A DNA stretch of 63,939 nt, the filler included, from Licmophora abbreviata (Eukaryota): the NCBI GenBank assembly GCA_900291995.1. It is 17 parts of 17 records of this genome, joined end to end, with 100 filler letters (N's around TTAATTAATTAA, not from the genome) between each part and the next. Parts side by side here need not be neighbours in the genome. Positions count along the whole stretch, not along the records: positions 43,149 to 53,352 come from OLMU01004346.1; positions 53,453 to 56,789 come from OLMU01004348.1; positions 56,890 to 58,305 come from OLMU01004350.1; positions 58,406 to 60,702 come from OLMU01004352.1; 13 more parts are not named here. One strand, given 5' to 3'. The notes below the pieces were generated by a model. It was not told where the DNA came from, ran no database searches, and worked only from the letters and a program-made list of their open reading frames with translations. Shown piece after piece: positions 48,628 through 59,837 of this stretch. Within the stretch, counting starts at the first letter, position 1. Every line of letters starts with the position of its first letter. Both the position numbers and the translations under genes were made by a program.

Positions 48628-49524
48628 TCAGATGGGCGACACGCCCTCGTGATGCACAAGATGCTTTCCAATGCCGCAAGTGCCAAGTACCACTGCTTGG
48701 CCAATCATCCAGACGCACATGGGCAGCTTTGGCACCTTCAAGTCGTCGTATCGCTTGGTGATGAACATCTCTTTCACGTTAAGTAGCAAGAACGGAGCCC
48801 AAGCCAACGAAAACGCCTTCAAAGGATCAACCTCCCATGCAAGAGCCGTTTGGTAGGCGCCGACTCCCAGTACGGTTGCTCCCACGGCGGCCATGAACAA
48901 CGAATGCCATTCACTTTCGGGGAACTTTCGAGCCTTCACAGAGACACCTGGTAAAACGAAGCTGACCAGTCCATTCAGAATGTTCCACACGGCGTAAACC
49001 TTGACGACGCTCTTGACATACGAAACGTCTGTCAGGCAAGCTCGCAAGACAAACGTCCCGAAAGCAAGCTGCAGCAGCGGTTGCACAGGCGAAAAGCCAA
49101 CAGTCTGGTAATCCTCATTCCAAAGAATCTTTGCAGCATACAGGCATCGAGGGATCGCACTGACAGCGACTGCCGTCGTCAAATCTGCTTCACGAAATAC
49201 CAGAAGGTAGGCCTGTAGCGCAAAGCCGAGAGTTTCTGCTCCTTGGTAGCCTGTAAATAACTCCATCATGACACCCTCAGGAAAGCCATACACTTCGAGA
49301 GTCTTTCGTGGCGACAGGAGGGTCAGAGTCGCTTGCGTGCCTACCAACATGGTGGCTACCTTGGCGGTGTCGGTCGGGTTGAGAGGTCCTGCGCCGCCGC
49401 GCATGTGCGCCAGCGCAACGAGGGCCGGAGAGTGTCTCGACGAAAACGACGCCTCTTTGGCTCCAACAGGCCGTGCTAGCAGCACCAGCAGGCATACAAG
49501 GAGGCGATGGATCATTGCGCTCAT
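48628..49524 (-). CDS. Multi-pass membrane protein with signal peptide and RGG motif
   Basis: Signal MIHRLLVCLLVLLARPVGA, MRGGAGPL, about 8 hydrophobic helices in two internal repeats. Confidence 0.78.
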   Translation of the reverse strand: MSAMIHRLLVCLLVLLARPVGAKEASFSSRHSPALVALAHMRGGAGPLNPTDTAKVATMLVGTQATLTLLSPRKTLEVYGFPEGVMMELFTGYQGAETLGFALQAYLLVFREADLTTAVAVSAIPRCLYAAKILWNEDYQTVGFSPVQPLLQLAFGTFVLRACLTDVSYVKSVVKVYAVWNILNGLVSFVLPGVSVKARKFPESEWHSLFMAAVGATVLGVGAYQTALAWEVDPLKAFSLAWAPFLLLNVKEMFITKRYDDLKVPKLPMCVWMIGQAVVLGTCGIGKHLVHHEGVSPI

Positions 49525-50309
49525 CGTCACTCCTGGTTGCGACTGTGTTCCAGAGCCGAATGAATGCAATGAATGAATCGGGATCGGATCTTTCATCTTG
49601 GCATCTTGGTGATCTTTATGCGTTCAACTTCATCGAATGACGTCATACGGGACCCAACCCCGAGTCAGGAGCGCCTTGGATGTTGAGTCGGAAATTCAAC
49701 TTTGAATGCGCTTTCGTGCTGAGCTCGGAGCAACAAGACGCACGGACTCTCCTTCAACACTACTGGTACATCAGAAGTGTATCGAATCGTCACCCGAACG
49801 ATGAGCGAAAGCACCAGTAGATGAAGCGCTCGTCCATGTGGACTGAGCATGTCGGCGCGTCTACCCTCGTCAAGTGACTGCATCAGCTATGATACGCATG
49901 CGAGTTGAGCAGCTTGACCCCTCCCTATGAGGATGCGTTGACAGGTGGCGCTACAGACGTGCTTCAATCAGAGCTCCCTGCGAGTTGCGATGAAGTGCTC
50001 AACGCCATTGCTACTCATGGATTATTCCGAAGACTTATTTCAAATCACTGCGCCAAACATATTCCAGCATTTTCAGGACTCTGCGCCACCTTGTCTGTGA
50101 TCTTCAAAGCTTTTTCACAGAAAACCGTGCTCGTCCAGTTGCTCCGCCTGAAGCGCTGCGTATGGTGCGTACGGTGACACTCATTTTTCACGTTCCACCA
50201 CTCTCGACATGAAAGCAATCTAGGGGTGAGCAATTTGCCTGGTGGAGAGAACAAAGTGTAAGAACAATGCGGGCCATATAATCAGATACTGCCGTTCCTT
50301 CGATTAAAC

Positions 50310-53135
50310 TTACTCTTTTACTAATGATGCCACGTCCATCTTCCATTGACGAAAACTAGAATCGTCTACCGTGAGTGAATCCTCAATGAACGAATCGAGT
50401 AGCCTTGCAGAATACCTGCGTCCATCATCCGAATCTAGCTTGTACACCACAGGAGGTAACACGCGGTGGCGTTGCATCGCCACTTCAATACCTTGCTTCA
50501 AGCCATCACCAATGCGCAATCTGTTTCGAGTGCCCTTTCTGGGAGTGGAGACGACCAAGTCACTACCAATCACAAGTAGTTCCCGGGGTGAATCCAAAAA
50601 GAGCACGGTATCGTCTCGACAATGTTCACCCACGACAAACTTGACGGTTTCAAGACAGAGATCGACATCTTCAAGAATAGGTGCACCAGACACTCTTTCC
50701 CAGAGCTCCAAGCGAGGGGCGATGGACCTCGTTAACGCGCCTGGCGACATGGAATACATCTGCGCGAACGCCGCACAACGAGCATCGAATGAAGGATGGT
50801 AGGACCCGCTGCTTGGCCGAAGAGCGTCACATTGCATCAGCGCGAAAATGATTCGCGGGATATGTCGGAGCCGCTCGTGTCCTTGACCAAGCAAGACTTC
50901 TTCTGGGAGAAGCTCTCCTCCCGGACGATCCAAGAGACGTTCCTGCGCGAAAAACTGTTGGTTACTCTCAGTCAATCCGTGTTCCGCGTTGGCTAACTGG
51001 CGCAGTTCTTCTCGCTCGGCAGACCGATGAGCATTGACCAAGAGCGATTCTAGCCAGCTGACCGCAATCTCTTGCGTTCCTACAAGGCCATCATCCAGTG
51101 AAGCTATCGAGAGTTTGTGATACAAGATGACCGCCAACACCTCAAGGTCGAGCGTGGAATACAGCGCTTCCGTGTCCTTCGCCAGCGGCATTGCGATACT
51201 GGTCACGCGCATTTTTCGAACAGCGATCCATTGACCATCGCTACTGGGCTCCACTGCTGTGAAAGCGACACAGATCTGCATCGCCGACGGTAGAGCCACG
51301 TCACCATAACCATCCAAGTGTGCGATGTCGTGCGTTATGGCCTTACCGACCTTAAGATCCACAGTCAGCGTCGTCGTATCATCACATGCACCCATCATCC
51401 AGAGTCCATCTTCATCTAGAGCTGTCGCAGGTCCCATGCACCCACCACTTGCATAGAGTGGAGCAAGCTGTGGACCCTTGTCTTCGGGGAGTGGATCGAC
51501 GGGAGTCCTGTCCACATGAAAGCCGCGCGACAGGCGAAGTCGCAACAAGCTACCAAAGCCATGCGGACGATGCCATGGTGTGCGCGACAAGGCTTCACGT
51601 TCGAACAGCTCTAGCGATTCCGGATTATCCAACGAGAACAACAGAGGCGCAGGAGCCCCGCTCCGATCCGATAGGCCTCTCAGAAGGGAGACCCCAATGT
51701 CGTGCTTCTCTTCATCGTCTGACGACAGTATCAGCACGTCGACACCGATTGCCGCCTCGGCGTACCCACAGCCAAGATCATGAAAATATGCTTCTACGTG
51801 CTCTATCGTCGTTCTTGGAAAATGTGACTGCAAGTTGGACGGAGTCATGTCGTCGTTGTTGTGCGAGGACGTGGCACGATGCGTCCCGTTTCTCTGGTGT
51901 TCGCGTCTTCGTGTGCCCAATTCCGGATCGTCTTCGTTTCCGCCCTCATGATCCTCCCCGACTGCGTCCACAACACGATTGACGTGAACTGAGTTTCGCA
52001 GATACCGTCTTCCTGGTACAGCGCAGCTTCCGCCGAATCCTCCAGTCCCGTGGCTAGTCGTCGACAGTTCCCCGTCACTATTGTCGGCCATTCTCATTAA
52101 CACTTCATGTTGAGGTCGTCGACCGACCTCGACCGGTGGCCCCGACAAGAGGCACAAAACTCGTCCGCCTGCATAGCTGGGAATATGGGGCGATGTATGG
52201 TCGGTTCCTGTAGCGGACGCGCTTCCATTCACGGCCGTATCAAGTGTTCTTCCACCTCCGTGCAGACGAGCATGATTACCAGGATGAGTATGCTTCTGCA
52301 TCGTCTCAAGTATCGCCTCCAATGTTGCTCCTAGTGGCATCCCTCCACTTCTGCTCGTCGTATCTTGCATGCTGGTATCAGCTAAAGCCCGTAGGGCTGC
52401 CGGCAAGTGGAACGACGAAGCTGGCGACAAGGGCAGGGTAAGAGTCGACTGAGACTCGAACGAGGGCAGAGGCCACGCGACGTGTCGAGCGTGTGGCACT
52501 GGACTGGACAAATCCCAAATGACCAAGGAGTCTGACGATGCAACGAGCAATCCGACATGTACATAGGATGGAATCTTCCGTGTGATGCGCTGCAAGACCG
52601 TGCCGACGGTATTCCAATAGTTCGGCTTGCCAGAGGAGCCATCGACGGCAATCCAGTAGACGGGAGGACAGACGTGTGCCGGGAGCGATGCCATGTTCTG
52701 GTACAAGGGCAACCTGAACTCCTGCGTAGCGGGGGGAGCCGTCACGTTGCCGGTCAGCAGATGAGTCTTGTTCATAAGGCTGACAGCTTCCTGATAGTCT
52801 TCTCGAGGCAAGTCTTCCTCGAATCTCGCAGTGGCTTGGTCGTGGTAGCGGGTAGAAGACGCCTTGCCACACAAATAACAGAGCAGCGTGTTTCGAACGA
52901 GCTTGTGGTTGTGACTGTTGCCTTGATGATCCATTGGATGGGGTGCCCCGCAATGAAGGCACTTGGGGACGCACGACAAGGGCAACGAGGACTGCGTGTG
53001 GGCCGTGTAGTGTTCTTGGTCATTTCCGGACAGGCCATGCAAAGGCGTTACGACCACGCCGAGTGGCAAACTCGTCGAGTCCCAAAGAGCAGCCGAAGAC
53101 GGCCATTCCTCGGTAACAGGACGCAGACCTGTCAT
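50310..53135 (-). CDS. Divergent Sec23/Sec24 family (COPII) protein; probable further 3' exon after the GTAAGT donor at 50313
   Basis: SLPLGVVVTPL, zinc finger CLHC..CYLC, vWA trunk (WIAVDGS, GGRVLCLLSGPP, IGVDV), LRLRLSRGF, RKMRVTS, VLFLDSP gelsolin-like end. Confidence 0.85.
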   Translation of the reverse strand: MTGLRPVTEEWPSSAALWDSTSLPLGVVVTPLHGLSGNDQEHYTAHTQSSLPLSCVPKCLHCGAPHPMDHQGNSHNHKLVRNTLLCYLCGKASSTRYHDQATARFEEDLPREDYQEAVSLMNKTHLLTGNVTAPPATQEFRLPLYQNMASLPAHVCPPVYWIAVDGSSGKPNYWNTVGTVLQRITRKIPSYVHVGLLVASSDSLVIWDLSSPVPHARHVAWPLPSFESQSTLTLPLSPASSFHLPAALRALADTSMQDTTSRSGGMPLGATLEAILETMQKHTHPGNHARLHGGGRTLDTAVNGSASATGTDHTSPHIPSYAGGRVLCLLSGPPVEVGRRPQHEVLMRMADNSDGELSTTSHGTGGFGGSCAVPGRRYLRNSVHVNRVVDAVGEDHEGGNEDDPELGTRRREHQRNGTHRATSSHNNDDMTPSNLQSHFPRTTIEHVEAYFHDLGCGYAEAAIGVDVLILSSDDEEKHDIGVSLLRGLSDRSGAPAPLLFSLDNPESLELFEREALSRTPWHRPHGFGSLLRLRLSRGFHVDRTPVDPLPEDKGPQLAPLYASGGCMGPATALDEDGLWMMGACDDTTTLTVDLKVGKAITHDIAHLDGYGDVALPSAMQICVAFTAVEPSSDGQWIAVRKMRVTSIAMPLAKDTEALYSTLDLEVLAVILYHKLSIASLDDGLVGTQEIAVSWLESLLVNAHRSAEREELRQLANAEHGLTESNQQFFAQERLLDRPGGELLPEEVLLGQGHERLRHIPRIIFALMQCDALRPSSGSYHPSFDARCAAFAQMYSMSPGALTRSIAPRLELWERVSGAPILEDVDLCLETVKFVVGEHCRDDTVLFLDSPRELLVIGSDLVVSTPRKGTRNRLRIGDGLKQGIEVAMQRHRVLPPVVYKLDSDDGRRYSARLLDSFIEDSLTVDDSSFRQWKMDVASLVKE

Positions 53136-53455
53136 GCTGGAACAGGACAACGGCAGTGGGAGATAATCGGCCAACGTGCGGTCATCGGCGACCGGAGCGA
53201 CGCCATTGTGAAATCCATCTTTTTCTGCGCGCGCTGTATCATTTCGAGTCGAGCGAGTCAAACATTCGGAGCGCGGCTGGCGCGCACACCCAAGACTAAA
53301 AGCTCGTTCTGCGCGCACGCAATGTCGGGATAGTCTTGCTTTGCCTATCATANNNNNNNNNNNNNNNNNNNNNNNNNNNNNNNNNNNNNNNNNNNNTTAA
53401 TTAATTAANNNNNNNNNNNNNNNNNNNNNNNNNNNNNNNNNNNNNNNNNNNNTGA

Positions 53456-56400
53456 TCATTTTCACCCTTTGGCGAGCCGGGTCGCAATCAGGCGCTTTCT
53501 GCGGGGTCGAGAGAAGACCAGGACGTTGTACTGGCCCCTCCTCTCGCAAGTCGCACCAAGGGACGCGCTCCGGCTCTCGAGGCCATAGCTTCTCCGTCCG
53601 ACGTACCTCCTTATGAAGACAAGAAGCCCTCTTCTACGTCAAAGTCGGGCGTTTCTAGCGACGATGATATCAACTCCCATGCGCATGCATCGGCACATGG
53701 CAGTCGCCCTGACACCGGTACTACTACATGTCCTCCTATCGGCACAACAAAAGATTATGAACACGACATTATCGAAAAGAAGATTGCAACAACGGGCGCG
53801 ACCGGGCTTGTATCAGAAGACAAGGATGACGTAGCTCGAGTTTCGCCTGCAGCCTCTGCCCCCGTGCTGTCCAGGAATATCACTGAATTCGACGCTACTG
53901 CTGCTGATGGTGATGGGGACGTCTCCATCTCATCGGGGATGTCAGAATCATACCAGATCGATACGGTCGACGCTCAAAAGCCGCCTTCGCAGGCTACTGG
54001 CAGGATCTACGCTCAGGGACGTGAACAGAGCAAAGACGAGTCGAAGCTGGCTTATGCGACGACTGCATCGCACTTTGTTAGCAACACTACGGATATTGTC
54101 TCAATTGAGGAAGCGAATGAGCATCATGGTAACTGGATCTCAAGTCAAGTGGACACTGAGTCTCCGAAGGACACGGCCGTGCCGGGAGTGCGTGGAGCCG
54201 ATGCTACGCCTGGGGCTGTTCCCGTACAAGGCCTGAATTATCTCCCACGTTCATCGGACACAACGACTGTTGGAATAGGAAGCCGCGAGCGAAGCGACGA
54301 GCAATTAGACTCACTTCACCGGACTAGTGGCAGTATGGCTCGAGCCACTGTCATTGATGCTGAGCTGGCGGAGAGTCAAGCCCAGCGGGAGAGGCAACGT
54401 GTCATTGATGAAGCCCAATGGGCAGAGCTCGTTGATGACACTCAGTTGGGAAATGGCTCTGTCATCTTCAGAAATCGATGGTTTTGGGCTGGTCTTGCGC
54501 TTGTGGTGCTTGTAATTGTCGGTGCCGTTGTCGGTGCCGTTGTTGGTACCCGTACCGATCCTAAGAAAGATGATCGTATCTCATCGCCAGCGCCAATACC
54601 GACCTTTGCTCCCACTATGGCACCAACAGGCCGCGAAGATATCTTACGTGAGAAACTTGAGGCGGAGTTCGGGGAGATCGAGCCTCAGTCTGCTCAACAG
54701 CGGGCCCTCGAGTGGCTTACTTCTGAGGACAAAATGCAGCTGTCAGAGGACACGCCATTCAGGGTGATCAAAGAGCGCTTTGTCGCTGTTGTATTGTACT
54801 ACGCAACTACTGGAGATGAATGGAGTAGTCGACATGGTTTTCTTGGTAGTGGCCCTGTGTGCACTTGGAATAGAGTCCCGGAGATTGAAACTGAGGGTGG
54901 AACTGAGCTTGGAAGTGGGACTGGAACTGCTGGGGGGTCACTATCACCTTCGAAAGGAGCATTCTGCGACGAGAACGACGAATTCATAGTCACCCTCAGA
55001 CTCGGCAAGTAATTGCGCCAAGTTTCTCGCGGTTTTATGCTCTCGTGATGAAAAGTTTCTCATTCACTTCTCGTCTTTGCATCTCAGACAATAACAACCT
55101 TCATGGTCGGCTGCCGACGGAGCTTTCTGCTTTGGCTGCACTGACGAGTCTAAATTTTGGTGGGAACCTCATCTCTGGAACGCTACCTTCTAGTTTCGCA
55201 AACTTCAGTAGACTCGAGAAACTGCTACTGCCAGGAAATCCCATGCTGTCAGGAGGTATCCCTCAAGCACTTTTCTCTCTCCCGACGCTCACAGTTCTTG
55301 ATTTGTCATTCAATCGGGGCCTGAGTGGTAGCTTGCCCGAAAATATTGGGAACTCGACCATGATGAAGGAGCTAGTCCTTGGGCAGTGTAAAGGCTTCAG
55401 GGGCTCCATTCCATTAGCAATCGCCAGCCTTGTCGAATTGGAGGTTCTTGACCTTTCGGGCAACTTTTTCTCGGGGAACGTATCCGCCGTCCTTATCGGC
55501 CAAAATTTACGCGTGGTCAAGCTACAGGAAAATATTCTTAGTGGTGAGCTTCCAGTATCGCTTGGCTTTCTTCCGAAGCTCGAAATTCTAGACCTGTCGA
55601 AAAACAGATTCGAAGGTCCTGTACCATCGTTGGCGAACAATATAATGCTTTCGTCAATTCGACTTTTCGACAATCGGCTCATATCAGGAAATCTCACTGA
55701 GATTCTGAAATCGATCGACCCGATCGGCCTCCGGGAGTTCGACGTTGGAAAGAACCAGCTCACAGGTCCTTTGCCGACTTTTATCGAACGCTTTACTGAC
55801 TTGGTCGAGCTTGGACTTAGTGACAATGGACTTGTCGGTTCTTTGCCGTCTCAACTTGGGTCGCTCTTGAATCTTTCGCGGGCTCTCAACCTTCACGAAA
55901 ATCATTTTTCTGGTGAAGTTCCGTCAGAGCTCGGTAAACTTGTAAGCTTGGAAGAACTCACTCTGGGCAAAAACAGGCTCGTGAGCTCGGTACCCTCGAT
56001 GTTGGGCCAGATGCGTCGCCTTTCAAAACTCAATCTAGAACTAAACGGATTCAATGGCACGTTTCCGACCGAAATTGCGGCTTTGCCACGCCTCAGTAAG
56101 TTTCTCTCTGCTGTGTGGTATTGAAGACTGTCGTAATTTGCTCAAAACTCACAGCCAGTATTTGTGTATCTCGCATCGCTGAGGAAGATTTGCTTCTTCT
56201 TGGCGGGAACAACTTTGAAGGGGACCTCGAATACTTCTGTACGCGGTCAGACCGAATCAGTGAATTTCAAGCAGATTGCTCAAGCCAAGAAAGAGGCATC
56301 GAGTGCAGCTGTTGCACCAGGTGCTGCAGCCTGGATGAGTCTGGTTTGAACTGCACTGTTCGCGAAGGCATATTAAGCTTGAGAGATCTCCTGGAAGAAG

Positions 56401-56789
56401 AGTTTGGCGACATCTTGCCCAACACGCCGCAGGCCGACGCACTCGTCTGGCTTGTGACGTCTGATCCATTGCAGCTTTCGGTAGACACGCCGCTCAGGGA
56501 AGTCAAGGAGCGCTACACGATGGCTGTGATATACTTCGCGACAAAGGGTGGGAGCTGGCTCAATGACTTTGGCTTTCTAGGTGGAAGCTCCGTGTGTTCC
56601 TGGAACGATGATGGCAGCATTTCGTTCGGCGACGGTGTGTTCTGTGACGATAGCGACTCTGTCACACACATTCGCATGCGTACGTCCATTGGGTTGTGGT
56701 GTGCTTCTTAACTATGGTTGCGCTGGTCTCTCTTGTCTAACCATGAGTCTTACTTTCGTCTTTTTATTCTTTAGAGGCGAACAACCTGC
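53456..56789 (+). CDS. Type-II membrane LRR receptor-like protein with tandem cap-LRR-Cys cassettes; introns 55005-55087 (GC-AG), 56096 to about 56154/56187, 56680-56774; both ends incomplete
   Basis: Disordered N-terminus with PGAVPV, TM FWAGLALVVLVIVGAVVGAVV, cap AQQRALEWL..ERFVAVVLYYATTG..VCTW, LRRs, ECSCCTRC, then a second cap PQADALVWL..ERYTMAVIYFATKG..VCSW. Confidence 0.9.
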
Positions 56790-57079
56790 NNNNNNNNNNN
56801 NNNNNNNNNNNNNNNNNNNNNNNNNNNNNNNNNTTAATTAATTAANNNNNNNNNNNNNNNNNNNNNNNNNNNNNNNNNNNNNNNNNNNNAAGGCGGTCAC
56901 CAATGGATGGATTCGATTCTAAGCGTCTTTCGTGTTAGCTACAAGGTACAATAAGTACGGTAATGCGCAGTGGCACACCAAACAACCTCGGCGGGCGTTG
57001 CATGTCGTCACTCTCACACCTGTCCCAAAAGACGATACCGCACCAGCAATAGCCGGACTGCCAAACCTCACTTTTTTTG

Positions 57080-58085
57080 TCAGTGCGCCGCCTCGTCCTT
57101 CCAACACCCCTCATGACACGCCACTAGCAGTTCCCGAGCAACGTTATTGATATGTGCAAATCGTTTCGGCCCGAGGTGAATGCCCCCGAACCATCGCGAT
57201 ACTACCACTACAACATTCTGTTCCTTGCGCAATTCGAGCAAGTGTGCCAAACACCTCCCGGCTCCGTCCTCGCCGTCGTCGTCATTGTCGTATTTGTGAA
57301 CAGGAGGAGAGTCATCCTCGGGAATTTCCGTGACTCGATAGGCAAACTGGGAAATCAAACGAGTGAGACGGTATCAATACTAGGAAATTTGCAAGAGGAA
57401 AGATGGAATCTGTCGATTCATTGTGGTTCGCCGCAGTACCGGCACGTACCATGTTGTGTGACGCTCGCTTCAACTTGGAGCTACTGGTCAGCAACTGACT
57501 CAAAGCTTCCTGCACAGCCTGTTCCGATTCAAGACGACAAGCATGTGCCTGAAAGGTCGATTTGCGATCCATGAATGGTTCTCCAGTGATCCAATTGTAG
57601 TAGAACGTCGACTGCAATGGTATTGACGAGGAAGGAGTCGTCGCCGTTTGTCCATTCGATCGCAGCATGTCTTGCGTTACTTCATCGCCACGATTGTCAT
57701 CAAAGTCATTCCACGCTTCCATAGCAGCGGCACAACACGCAAAAGCCGCTTCGCATTCATCGGTGTGACAGGTTTTGGCCGTCTTTCGAATGGCAGTCAA
57801 GACAGCTTCGATCCGAGCCTTGGGCGTATGGGACGACGACCGATGGGACGCGATCTGAAGCGAGCGTGTGACTGGATAACCGGACTGAAACTCCAATACG
57901 ACATATGCATCGGAGGATAGGTGAAACGTGACCTGAATTGGAAATTCTGGACGCTGACCATCATCGGTAGTACTACCTACTGCACCGCCAGACGCCGTGA
58001 ACTCGATCTCATCGGGGTACGCCGCCTGAAGCATTTCTACATCGGCCAGAGCGCGCTCCAGAGACTCCTCGCTTTCAATATTCAT
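57080..58085 (-). CDS. IMPACT: IMPACT protein (RWD + UPF0029 domain); intron 57347-57449
   Basis: DRKSTFQAH, RASHNM-FAYRV after splicing, DDDGEDGAG, VVVSRWFGGIHLGPKRFAHINNVAR. Confidence 0.95.
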
Positions 58086-58405
58086 CCTGGCGATCGTTCT
58101 TCCCAGTAGCAAGAGCTGGAAAACAGTGATTGGAGCGTGAGGATCGCGCACAGCATGTTATTGCCGTCCGTGTCGTCATGGTCGAGAGGGGAGAGATGAC
58201 TGACAGCTTTGCGTCTACTTTCAACTTGTACCTTATTCACATCCGGGTTCGAACTATTGCGAGCTCCAAAAGACCTCGCCGGCATTGCTCATCGGGGTAC
58301 TCGTANNNNNNNNNNNNNNNNNNNNNNNNNNNNNNNNNNNNNNNNNNNNTTAATTAATTAANNNNNNNNNNNNNNNNNNNNNNNNNNNNNNNNNNNNNNN
58401 NNNNN

Positions 58406-59413
58406 ACGCATCTCGAAGATGCTTGTGTAGATCGCGACAACGCTCTTGTCGATCGAGACGCAACTCTGCAGGACCTTCGCGCTCAGGTGGAACGCCTCAG
58501 TATGACACAACGCGATTCGCAGGAGGCTGAGGTTTTGCGCGAGTCACTCCAAAAGTCGGAGCAATCGGCTGCTCACTATCTTGAGAAGCTCCAGGCTGTC
58601 CAGACCAAGCTGGACAAGACGAATCTTCAATTGCAGGAAACTGCGGACAAGCTGTCGAAAACAGAGGCTGCGCTGCTTGACCTGGAGCTCGATATGGATG
58701 TGCAAGACCAAGGAGCATCCGAACGTGATGATTTGGAGTCGCGTTTGCGCGATGCCGAATCACGACTGGAAGAAAAGTCCCGCCTCGTCCAAGAATTATC
58801 AAGGTCGCCCCGAGATATGGAATCGTCTTTGACCGACGCGCAGTCGGAGCTTGGCGCTGCTGGGCAGTCCACAAGGTCCGCCTCAGAGGTGTCAAGGGAG
58901 CAGCTGCAGCAGCTTCAGGCACAGCTTGAGACGCTAAAGCAAGACTATCAGACTTCAGTCGCAAAACATCAAGCACGGGAAGAACAGACTCACCAAGAAG
59001 TGCTATCTTTGAACGACACTATAGGTGAGAAAAAGGACAAAATATCCGGTCTTGAACAGGAGCTTCAATCTCTGAGCGTTGAGCTCTCTACATGTCAAGG
59101 TCAACTAGTGTCCAAGGAGACCGAGTTCCGTCGTGTTGCGATGGACCTCGAAGAAACGCGTTCGCAGCAACTCCGCTCGACGCAGCAAGCGACTTCACAA
59201 GTGCTCGACGTGTCAACTAAGGACGAAGCCGAATCAATTGAGCATATGCGAACTCACATAATTTCGTTGGCGGTAGCTCTCGAAAAGTCAGAGCACCAGC
59301 GAGCCGATGCCATCGATCGACTGTTGAAGGATCGCAAGGCTCACGCGGATAGTTTACGGCGACTCGGCGAATCAGTCAAGCGATTCTATTCGACATTAAG
59401 TTGCACCGAATGA
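58406..59413 (+). CDS. Long coiled-coil protein, 3' fragment
   Basis: Frame open from the contig edge with heptad-rich E/Q/L/K composition; ends SLRRLGESVKRFYSTLS. Confidence 0.8.
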   Translation, partial: THLEDACVDRDNALVDRDATLQDLRAQVERLSMTQRDSQEAEVLRESLQKSEQSAAHYLEKLQAVQTKLDKTNLQLQETADKLSKTEAALLDLELDMDVQDQGASERDDLESRLRDAESRLEEKSRLVQELSRSPRDMESSLTDAQSELGAAGQSTRSASEVSREQLQQLQAQLETLKQDYQTSVAKHQAREEQTHQEVLSLNDTIGEKKDKISGLEQELQSLSVELSTCQGQLVSKETEFRRVAMDLEETRSQQLRSTQQATSQVLDVSTKDEAESIEHMRTHIISLAVALEKSEHQRADAIDRLLKDRKAHADSLRRLGESVKRFYSTLSCTE

Positions 59414-59837
59414 CGGAAGTCCGATTGTACTAAACGCTATTTAAGATACAGCCAATTTACACTACTCTCGTCCGACTGTTGTTAGGGCAGCGATCTTTCT
59501 CACTGACGCCCACCAATCATCTATGCGTAGTGCCCGCCACTCTTCCGTTTGTCGGATTGCTATGCTTTACCTCGCCCCTCTGTAGCAGGCTAGAGAAAGA
59601 GGACGAGCCCAGGCCGGTCCGCGAAAAGTGGTCCTTGAATAGCGATGGAAGTCAGTGAAACTAGAATGCGAGCTCTGACTACACTTCTTCTAAAACTAGA
59701 GCGCGATATGTCTACGAGATCTTTTTACACAGAGTGAAGATCTTGTTATGATGTTTGACGACATTCAACATCAGATGGCACTCACTCGCTTCCTCCGTTC
59801 TCATGAACCCAAAGCTCAAAGCAGAAGCCCCAGAAGC

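Noticed and set aside
4477..58085. Apparent cluster of RNA/translation genes (NTF2, CCDC124, fibrillarin, RRP6, pseudouridine synthase, IMPACT)
   Set aside because: Spread over many contigs and interleaved with unrelated genes; compatible with chance.
58240..58270. GGTTCGAA T-loop-like motif suggesting a tRNA (also at about 18845)
   Set aside because: No acceptor, D or anticodon stems can be formed around it.
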